A DNA stretch of 64,000 nucleotides from a virus. Taxonomy: Duplodnaviria; Caudoviricetes. Position 1 is the first letter of the stretch; each line of letters begins with the position of its first letter. The translations under genes and the position numbers were made by a program. Location: positions 119,766 through 183,765 of the IMG/VR virus record IMGVR_UViG_3300029288_000077; one strand, written 5' to 3'. Positions 39,594 through 47,290 of this stretch are shown here, one piece after another. Below the pieces are notes generated by a model that worked only from the letters and a program-made list of their open reading frames with translations, had not been told where the DNA came from and did not search any database.

Positions 39594-40723
39594 AGGTTGA
39601 ATTCTTCAAACATTCTGTTGGTGATGAGGAAATAGAGTCTATAGCTCAAGCAATAAGAGGCAAGTTTCTTACTAATGGGCCAATTGTAGAAGAGTTTGAA
39701 TGTGCCCTTGCTGAGTACATGGGCATGAAGTACGCTGTGGCCGTTTCTAGTTGTACTGCTGCCTTGCATTTGTCCCTGTTGGCGGTTGGTGTTGAGCCAT
39801 GTTCGGAAGTGATAGTTCCAGCAATGACATTTGTGGCAACCGCTTTGGCAGTCATGCACGCTGGTGCTTCTCCTGTGATTGTTGACGTGTTGAAAAAAGA
39901 CGGCAACGTAGATCCAGAAAAAGTTTATCAACGAATAAGAGAAAAAACTAAGGCTGTGGTGCCAGTGCGTTTATATGGATCGTGTTGCGATGAAGAAGCA
40001 GAAATAGGAAGAATGTGTAGCAGAGATCACGTGCCTGTGATTGTTGATGCTGCACATGCTTTGGAAATGACCAAAGGTCGTGTTGTAAGCAACTTTGATG
40101 GTGCATGCCTAAGTTTCTATGCCACTAAGAGCATAACGTGTGGTGATGGTGGCGCTTTTGTTACAGACAATGAGCATTTATATGAAAAAGTGAAACTGCT
40201 GAGAACGCATGGTATGAGTGCTGATGCCTCCGCCAGGTATCACAATAAGTACACTCCGTGGGATCTTGTAGCGCATGGCTGGAAATATAATATGACTGAC
40301 ATACAGGCGGCCATGCTGTTGCCGCAGTTGAAAAGAGTGGATACCAATTGGCAAAGCAGAAAAGAAGCTTACGATAGATACGTTGTTCAGCTAAAAGATG
40401 TGGAAGAGATTGTACTTCCCGAGATCCCCAAAGACAGAAACAGGCACTCGCATCATTTGTTTACTGTGTGGACGAAAGACGAAAACACTCGAAACGCGCT
40501 AATAAGGTTTTTGAATACCTGCGGTGTGGGCGTAGCTGTTAATTACAAATCTATTAATCTTACTTCGTACTTGTCAAAAAGACTTGGTGCTGGTCGAGGT
40601 ATGTGTCCTGTTTCTGAGCGCATAGGTGATGTGACTATATCTCTTCCATTTTATGCTGGTATACCATATTCGGACATAGATTATGTGTGTTCATGCATTA
40701 AGAGATTCTATAGTAAGACATGA
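39590..40723 (+). CDS. DegT/DnrJ/EryC1 sugar aminotransferase
   Basis: 'SSCTAALHL', 'DAAHA' and 'SFYATKSIT.GDGG' (PLP lysine). Confidence 0.95.
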   Translation: MKVEFFKHSVGDEEIESIAQAIRGKFLTNGPIVEEFECALAEYMGMKYAVAVSSCTAALHLSLLAVGVEPCSEVIVPAMTFVATALAVMHAGASPVIVDVLKKDGNVDPEKVYQRIREKTKAVVPVRLYGSCCDEEAEIGRMCSRDHVPVIVDAAHALEMTKGRVVSNFDGACLSFYATKSITCGDGGAFVTDNEHLYEKVKLLRTHGMSADASARYHNKYTPWDLVAHGWKYNMTDIQAAMLLPQLKRVDTNWQSRKEAYDRYVVQLKDVEEIVLPEIPKDRNRHSHHLFTVWTKDENTRNALIRFLNTCGVGVAVNYKSINLTSYLSKRLGAGRGMCPVSERIGDVTISLPFYAGIPYSDIDYVCSCIKRFYSKT

Positions 40724-41445
40724 ACAAGGCAGCGGTGTTGATATTGACGCACAACAGGGTAGGTGTGTCTTCAAAGTATGTTCCAAATATAGTAGACAAG
40801 GCACGCAATGCAGATATTTTGATTTGGGACAATGGTTCTACTGATGGTACTTTTGAATGGTTGTTCAATTATTACTTGATGGAAAAAAGAATTACTAAGA
40901 TTTTTGGTTCTGACAAGAATTATGGTATGGAAGCAGTAAACTTCATGGTTAATGAGTCTGACAGTGAATACATCATAAAAGTTGATGATGATGTAACTAT
41001 ACCAGACAATTTTGTTAATAGACTGGTTGGTGCCTATGAAAAACTTGGTGATAGGAAAGTTTTGTTTATGTCCTGGGACATGAATTGGGGCAAAAGCACA
41101 TTTGCTACAAGACATGGGATAAGAATGTTCGGAGGAAATAGCGGGAAATTTAAAATGGTTGGCAAAAACGAAAAGGTGTACGTGTGTAATGATCCACACA
41201 AATTCATGGCGAATGGTGTGTGCAGGCTGTCAAGAAAACGCGATTTTGTGAAAATAGGCGGTCATCCTCCAGGTGTGATTTATGGTGTGGATGCTATAGT
41301 TTCAAGCATAGCTGGCTCTTGTGGATATAAAATTGCTTATTATTCACCCAGTGATTTGATAGTGCATCACCAAAATGATGATCCTGTGTATAGAAGGTTC
41401 AAGGACAAAGAACTAAGGAGAGTTAATTCTCCAAAGAACGTGTGA
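40720..41445 (+). CDS. GT2 glycosyltransferase
   Basis: 'ILTHNR', 'WDNGSTDGT' and 'KVDDD'. Confidence 0.88.
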   Translation: MNKAAVLILTHNRVGVSSKYVPNIVDKARNADILIWDNGSTDGTFEWLFNYYLMEKRITKIFGSDKNYGMEAVNFMVNESDSEYIIKVDDDVTIPDNFVNRLVGAYEKLGDRKVLFMSWDMNWGKSTFATRHGIRMFGGNSGKFKMVGKNEKVYVCNDPHKFMANGVCRLSRKRDFVKIGGHPPGVIYGVDAIVSSIAGSCGYKIAYYSPSDLIVHHQNDDPVYRRFKDKELRRVNSPKNV

Positions 41446-41452
41446 GCGTTGT

Positions 41453-42229
41453 ATGGATCGTACAGTGTTGAGCATAGTAATTCCGTGTTTGGATGCTGCA
41501 GACCGTACTATTAGCTGTGTAAAAAGTATAGTCAAATATACGTACACACCGTATGAGATTTTGTTGATTGATAATGGTTCTACTAATAAAAACAAAGAAA
41601 AGATGTGTAGCTATTTTGAATCTACAGGTAAGATTGTAAAATTTGTGAAAATGAACAAAAACGTTGGATTTACAAAGGCAGTGAACATAGGTATCAGAGA
41701 ATCTGAAGGTGACTATGTTGCTATGATGCACAATGATGTTGAAGTATCGTTTCGTTGGGACAAAAAACTGATTAATGGTCTGCTGGATTACAAAGTTGGT
41801 GCTGTTGGCCCCATAACACAACTACCGGTGTCAATGCAGAGCCCAGAAAACTTGCACAGATTCTATAAAGCAAATGTCCCAAAATTCATGCACTCCAATG
41901 AATTTTATGGGAAAAAACTTGATCAGTTGTTGTCAAAGACGTACATTGATATGTGCAAGAAGCCGTTGTCACTGTTTTGTGTGGTTACTAGAAAGAATGT
42001 GCTTGAACATGTTGGGTTATTGGATGAAGATTTCGAACATGATACAGGTGCTGAATGCGAATTCAACCATCGACTGCTTGTTAATGGATATAAATGCTTA
42101 GTTAGTGCAGGCACTTTTGTGTTTCATGCATCAGGTATAACAAAAAAGGCTCTGAAACTAAATCAAGATAGCATAAGAAGAAAAAGTCTTGAGATTTTGA
42201 CAAAGAAGAAAGTGCCGCTACGAGAATGA
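41453..42229 (+). CDS. GT2 glycosyltransferase (rhamnosyltransferase-like)
   Basis: 'SIVIP', 'IDNGST', 'NVGFTKAVN.G' and 'VGLLDEDF'. Confidence 0.9.
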   Translation: MDRTVLSIVIPCLDAADRTISCVKSIVKYTYTPYEILLIDNGSTNKNKEKMCSYFESTGKIVKFVKMNKNVGFTKAVNIGIRESEGDYVAMMHNDVEVSFRWDKKLINGLLDYKVGAVGPITQLPVSMQSPENLHRFYKANVPKFMHSNEFYGKKLDQLLSKTYIDMCKKPLSLFCVVTRKNVLEHVGLLDEDFEHDTGAECEFNHRLLVNGYKCLVSAGTFVFHASGITKKALKLNQDSIRRKSLEILTKKKVPLRE

Positions 42230-43695
42230 CCGATAAGGTGACTTTGCTGGTTGGGTCCAACAGAATAAAGATAATTCCTAAACTTCCAGAGAATGTGTTT
42301 GATGTACTGAGAAGTGAACTTCGATTTCGGGTGCACGGGTATCAATATACGGACGCTTTCCAACGAAGAGTGTGGGATGGATATAAGCAGCTTTTTTTGC
42401 ATAATCAAACAGCACCTGTTGGTCTATATCTTAGGACTAAGAGCATATTAGAGAGAAACGGAATCAACGTTGAGGTGAAGTTTAAAAACGATTACAATGT
42501 ACTTGGTGATAGAATATACGCTACTGGTCTTTCTCTAAACGATTTGCAGATAGCGTCAGTTCGTGTGTCGGTAGACAAAAGAATATGCACAATTACTATG
42601 GCTGTTAGAGGTGGTAAAACAGCAGTGCTGTCTGCAGTCATCAACTATGTGCAACAATTACCAGTTTTTGTGATTACACAAGACAGAGATCTAGTAAAGC
42701 AGACGGTGGATGCCTTTAAAAGGCACACAAATTTTAGGATTGGGCACTTTTCTGAAGGAGAGTTTGTTTCTGGTGATGTGGTGGTAGCTAGTTACAAGGC
42801 CATGAATTCAATGTTGTACATGCTGTCAGTACAAAAAGAAGGGCTCAAGAAAGTAAGTAAGAAAACACAGCTTAGATATAAAAAAGTGTTGAGTGTGATA
42901 AATGAATCGAAAATGTTGTTGCTGGATGAGTGTCATGTGTCTCTGTCGGAGAAGACCAGCAAAGCTGTGTTTCAGTTCCCTAAAGCCGGATACAGGATAT
43001 CGGTCACTGGTACGTACAAAGCGGACAACAAAACGATGATAGAGACAGAAGCCGTGGTAGGACCAGTTGTGTACAATGTAGGTTTTGAAGAGCTAATCAG
43101 CATTGGCCGACTTGCTAGGCCAGTAGTTATTTTATACTCGTTACCAAATTCTTGGTACAATCATTATTTGAATGAGTGGAGTGACATAGAAGAAGCAAAT
43201 ATAGTTAACAATAATATGCGCAACAGGTTTATTGCAGAGACTGTATTGAATTTGAAGAAACAAGGAAAGAGCAGTTTTATTACTGTTTCTAAGTTGGAGC
43301 ACGGAGAGATACTAAATAGTCTTATACCGAATAGTTATTTCGTTAGGGGATCTGTTGATACTGACACCAGGTTTTCATTGTATGAAGCCCTTCAAAATGG
43401 TGGTCTTAGTTGTATTATTTCCACAGTAAGTAAAATCGGGTTAAACCTTCCGAAACTTGATGCTGTAATTAATGCTGAGGGTGTAAAATCAAAGATCCCG
43501 ACGATTCAAAGGATGCGATCATTAACATCGTCAGAAAACAAAGAAACAGGACTGGTTATTGACTTCATTGACAGTGGTAAGTACTTGTTTGAACATTCGT
43601 GTGCAAGAGAAGACATATACATGAAATTGAAGGGGTTTACGATAAAACACAAGAAAGTGAATAAAGACTTTTTTGAGAAGAAAGGTGGAAGATGA
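42226..43695 (+). CDS. SF2 helicase (UvsW/Res-like)
   Basis: AVRGGKT, DECH, TGT, GLNLPKL and IQRMRSL. Confidence 0.9.
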   Translation: MTDKVTLLVGSNRIKIIPKLPENVFDVLRSELRFRVHGYQYTDAFQRRVWDGYKQLFLHNQTAPVGLYLRTKSILERNGINVEVKFKNDYNVLGDRIYATGLSLNDLQIASVRVSVDKRICTITMAVRGGKTAVLSAVINYVQQLPVFVITQDRDLVKQTVDAFKRHTNFRIGHFSEGEFVSGDVVVASYKAMNSMLYMLSVQKEGLKKVSKKTQLRYKKVLSVINESKMLLLDECHVSLSEKTSKAVFQFPKAGYRISVTGTYKADNKTMIETEAVVGPVVYNVGFEELISIGRLARPVVILYSLPNSWYNHYLNEWSDIEEANIVNNNMRNRFIAETVLNLKKQGKSSFITVSKLEHGEILNSLIPNSYFVRGSVDTDTRFSLYEALQNGGLSCIISTVSKIGLNLPKLDAVINAEGVKSKIPTIQRMRSLTSSENKETGLVIDFIDSGKYLFEHSCAREDIYMKLKGFTIKHKKVNKDFFEKKGGR

Positions 43696-44213
43696 ACATG
43701 GATGGAATGATTACAAATGACCCAGTAGAAATTCATATTTACAACGAATTTATGTCTCTTAGGGCCACAAACGAACGACTTCGTAGGTATGTAGATCAGT
43801 CAGGCAAGAGCGCGGAACTTAAGGATATAAATATTTGGAAGCCGTATGATTTTTTGAAGTACTTTTGTAAATTGTACTATGACAAATACAAGAAAGAGTA
43901 CAATGTAAAGGGCAATGTGGTTCGTGCTTATAACAAGATATCGATGTTTATGGGCGAGAATCACATAAATAATCAATCGTTCAAGGACTTTATTGAGTAT
44001 GCATTCAATAGGTACTTTACTGATGCTCGCGTGCCAGTACTAGGTAATGTGTGCAGCGCCAAATTGTACAACAGATTGATGGTGGCTTCAGCAAAAGATG
44101 CCAGCAGAGTTGACAAGTTTTCATTAGATGAAGCGTTGAAAAACGAGAGTCTTGCGTTTGAAGAATACGTTCACAATGAATATGAGTTTGAATCTCTTGG
44201 GGCAACACAGTAA
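43692..44213 (+). CDS. Hypothetical protein upstream of the helicase loader (possible initiator or loader partner)
   Basis: 173-aa ORF; function inferred from position only. Confidence 0.6.
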   Translation: MNMDGMITNDPVEIHIYNEFMSLRATNERLRRYVDQSGKSAELKDINIWKPYDFLKYFCKLYYDKYKKEYNVKGNVVRAYNKISMFMGENHINNQSFKDFIEYAFNRYFTDARVPVLGNVCSAKLYNRLMVASAKDASRVDKFSLDEALKNESLAFEEYVHNEYEFESLGATQ

Positions 44214-44237
44214 CTTTCTCAATAAACACTGGTAGAG

Positions 44238-44945
44238 ATGATCAGTAAATTCAGTAAACGTATCAAAACGTGTGCTTTGTGTGGCGGCAAAGGCTACACA
44301 GAGAAACTGGTTGAGGGCGGTGTGTATCTAGATGACTGTGAGTGCGTAAAGTCTATAGAACTTGAAGCGAAATGGTATAAATCTGGTATACCTGTTCAGT
44401 ATTGGAATTTTGATATGTCTGCGCTCACAAAGGAATTCAGGGAAAAGAATGCAGGCTCCCTCGGTGAAGTAAACAGGTATGTAGACAACCTAAAAGACAA
44501 TATTGAATCAGGAAAAGGTTTGTTGTTTTCTTCTTCTGCTGGTTTAGGCAAATCTTCTATAATGTCCTACATACTCAGAAAATCGACAGATCTTGGTTTT
44601 AATGCATACTATCTGCGTGCTTCTCACATGGTTTCACTGAAGTTTAATGCGCTTCGTGATAGAGATGCTGCAGATCTAATAAATCATGTGGTAGAAGACG
44701 TAGATATACTGGCCATAGAAGAGATTGAGAAAGTGTACCTGTCAGACGAGAATGCTATGAACAACCAGCTATTTTATGAATTCTTGTCGGATTTGTATGA
44801 TTCAAAAAAGAGTTTGTTGGTGTCGTCAAACAAGAAACCAAATGAGTCATTTTTGGCCTTGCCTACATTTATCCAGGACAGACTCAGAAACTTGAAGAAA
44901 GTGGTGTTTGTTGGTAAATCTGGCAGGGTAGACATACAACAATGA
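44238..44945 (+). CDS. DnaC/IstB-like helicase loader
   Basis: CxxC...CEC; Walker A SSAGLGKS; ILAIEEI; SSN; DRL. Confidence 0.88.
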   Translation: MISKFSKRIKTCALCGGKGYTEKLVEGGVYLDDCECVKSIELEAKWYKSGIPVQYWNFDMSALTKEFREKNAGSLGEVNRYVDNLKDNIESGKGLLFSSSAGLGKSSIMSYILRKSTDLGFNAYYLRASHMVSLKFNALRDRDAADLINHVVEDVDILAIEEIEKVYLSDENAMNNQLFYEFLSDLYDSKKSLLVSSNKKPNESFLALPTFIQDRLRNLKKVVFVGKSGRVDIQQ

Positions 44946-46330
44946 GCATAAATCTAAGTTCAGAAACTGCGGAAAGAAAAATTCTTTCCTTCTTCTTCAA
45001 AAAGCCGTACCACCTAAAAGCACTGTATACTGGTGAGGAGTGTTTTGCGTACCCAAAGTTGAAGAGACTGGCTAAATTGGTTCACGAATACGTACTGAAA
45101 TACAGAAATCCACCAACAAAAGAAACACTGTCTGATTTTGCGAATGAGTTTGCTGCTGGTAACAGCAAACTGCTTCTTGAGTGTGCTGAAGCCATAGCAG
45201 AAATAGACTTGCTGTCAGAATCACCAGAAGAGGAATTTGGGTATTATTATGATAAGTTGCATGACTGCAGGATAGGGAGAGGGATATTTGATGCCGCTGA
45301 GTTTATTAAGGAAAAGTTTCAGGAGGCGAAGCATTCAGATTTTAAGAGTTTGAGAAAAGAAATAATCAACAAGCTTATGTCTATTAAAGACCCAGAGGAA
45401 GAGGTGGTGCGCGGATTTTTGCACGATTCTGCAAAAGATAGGTGGGAAAAATATAAGGAGCGCGATGGTGGCAATCTTGGTGACGATATTGTACCTTTTG
45501 GAATTAAGGCACTGGACGATGAATTAGGTGGTATGAGAAAGACATTTCTTACTCTATTATACTCGAAATCTAATGGCGGAAAGACACGCACTGCTCTAAA
45601 CATTGGTTATAACAACAGTATTGCTGGTAAGAACGTGGTTATTTTCTCGTTGGAGATGGAGTATGATTTGTATGCATCGTGTTTGGACAGTAGAATGGCT
45701 TGGGTGGATAGCAATCATATTATTTTCGGTAAGTTGAATCAGGAAGATAAGAAACGATACTTCAATGCACTGAAGAAACAGTATCAAGAAAAAACTGGTA
45801 TCTGGATAGTAGATATACCGGAGAAGGCAACCGTACCAAGGTTAGATGAAGAACTTTCAATTTACACAGCTTCTACTGGTTTATGGCCAGATTTGGTTAT
45901 TATTGACTATGCCAGCTTAATGGAACCAATGAAAGCATACACAGGCAGATCAGAGAAGTATGATTTTTTGTTTGGTGAGCTGCACCAGTTTGTGAGGAGC
46001 TGGAAAACAGCGGGTTTGACGCTTGCACAGGAAAGTAGAACTGCCACCCAGGCTGATAAGAAAAAGAAGAAAGATGAAGATACGGATGGTCTAGATAACA
46101 TTGGTCTTTCAAATTACATGGCACCTCACTGTGAAATTGTGGGTAGATTAAAGCAGTCAAAAATCGATAGATTACAAAACCGGATGGTTTTTAGAGTCGA
46201 TAAGTCTCGGTATAGTAGAGCTAATGAAGACATTCCGTTGTTTTGTTTGTTTGATAGAAATTATGTTGGTGATCGCCTGGTGTCAGGTAGTCATGTTATA
46301 GTGAAAAAGGAAGTCGAAGATGACATTTAA
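44942..46330 (+). CDS. DnaB-like replicative helicase
   Basis: LDDELGG, SKSNGGKT, FSLEM, IIDYA, LAQ and KSR. Confidence 0.9.
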   Translation: MSINLSSETAERKILSFFFKKPYHLKALYTGEECFAYPKLKRLAKLVHEYVLKYRNPPTKETLSDFANEFAAGNSKLLLECAEAIAEIDLLSESPEEEFGYYYDKLHDCRIGRGIFDAAEFIKEKFQEAKHSDFKSLRKEIINKLMSIKDPEEEVVRGFLHDSAKDRWEKYKERDGGNLGDDIVPFGIKALDDELGGMRKTFLTLLYSKSNGGKTRTALNIGYNNSIAGKNVVIFSLEMEYDLYASCLDSRMAWVDSNHIIFGKLNQEDKKRYFNALKKQYQEKTGIWIVDIPEKATVPRLDEELSIYTASTGLWPDLVIIDYASLMEPMKAYTGRSEKYDFLFGELHQFVRSWKTAGLTLAQESRTATQADKKKKKDEDTDGLDNIGLSNYMAPHCEIVGRLKQSKIDRLQNRMVFRVDKSRYSRANEDIPLFCLFDRNYVGDRLVSGSHVIVKKEVEDDI

Positions 46331-46772
46331 CGAACAATATGCTAAGTATGTAGAATTGAAACCGTCCTCTGGAGGAAGGTACACAGCCATTTGTCCGTTT
46401 CATAATGAAAATGATGGCAGTTTTGTGGTGTACCCTGATGGCAGCTTTCACTGTTTTGGGTGTTTAGCACACGGCACTGTAGAAGATTTTTTGTCAAGAA
46501 TGGGCGATGATGGGGTGTTTCACAATGTTAATAATATAGATCTAGAACAAATTCAATCAGATGGTAATGAGGCTGTAATAAAAGCGATAGAAAAGTGTGC
46601 TGAGCAGGTGAAAGAAACTGTTGATTTTTGTGTGATGGAAAAGATTTATGACTTTATTGATATGGTGTGTCTTGCTGTTCGTGGCGGAATAGTTATTGAT
46701 AACTGCATTCTTTTTGTCAATGCAGTAAAAAAGAAGATCGAGAGGATGTCACAATGCAATGTGGAGAAATAG
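46320..46772 (+). CDS. CHC2 Zn-finger protein (primase Zn-binding domain without TOPRIM)
   Basis: CPFH.E..GSF...FHCFGC..HG. Confidence 0.85.
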   Translation: MTFNEQYAKYVELKPSSGGRYTAICPFHNENDGSFVVYPDGSFHCFGCLAHGTVEDFLSRMGDDGVFHNVNNIDLEQIQSDGNEAVIKAIEKCAEQVKETVDFCVMEKIYDFIDMVCLAVRGGIVIDNCILFVNAVKKKIERMSQCNVEK

Positions 46773-46783
46773 TGGGAGAGGAA

Positions 46784-47290
46784 ATGAAGACAGCAAAGAA
46801 GATACCGGTGTCTGAGTGCGTGGTTGGCAAAGAGTATGTTACTGAGTACGGCAGAGTAGTACAAATGGTTTCTGGGGGGCAACAAAAATCAAAGTTTCTG
46901 GTGCTTCTTACAAAGAAAACGGTAGAAATGGAAAATGATTATACTGTGTATGACAAGGAAGAACTGATGAAAGCGAACGCAGAATGCAGTAGCAGTGAAG
47001 ACGAATCAGTTGCCGTTCCTCCGCCAGAAGTCCTGTGTAAAGACACAAATGAATTTGTTGATGTGAAAGGATCCGGTATTTCTGCTAGGCAGTTAGTAAA
47101 AGAGAAACTGCTTGAAGGTCCACAGACCAGGGATTCGTTGGCAAAGGCCATCGTTGATAACGGTCTTTCCAAGAATACCGACACGAAGAAAGTTAAATGC
47201 TACGTAAGCGTGATTTTGGCTAACCTAAAGAAGAAGGACGGGTTGAATATTGTGTCTGACAAGCCAGGCAGCTACCATATTGAGCAGTGA
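46784..47290 (+). CDS. Hypothetical protein with a probable C-terminal winged helix
   Basis: Start MKTAKK after GGAGAGG; C-terminal HTH-plus-wing pattern. Confidence 0.55.
   Translation: MKTAKKIPVSECVVGKEYVTEYGRVVQMVSGGQQKSKFLVLLTKKTVEMENDYTVYDKEELMKANAECSSSEDESVAVPPPEVLCKDTNEFVDVKGSGISARQLVKEKLLEGPQTRDSLAKAIVDNGLSKNTDTKKVKCYVSVILANLKKKDGLNIVSDKPGSYHIEQ

Noticed and set aside
26304-42229. Host O-antigen/capsule locus or serotype-conversion cassette
   Set aside because: No Wzx/Wzy/ABC exporter, GtrAB or initiating transferase; interleaved with and coupled to phage DNA genes
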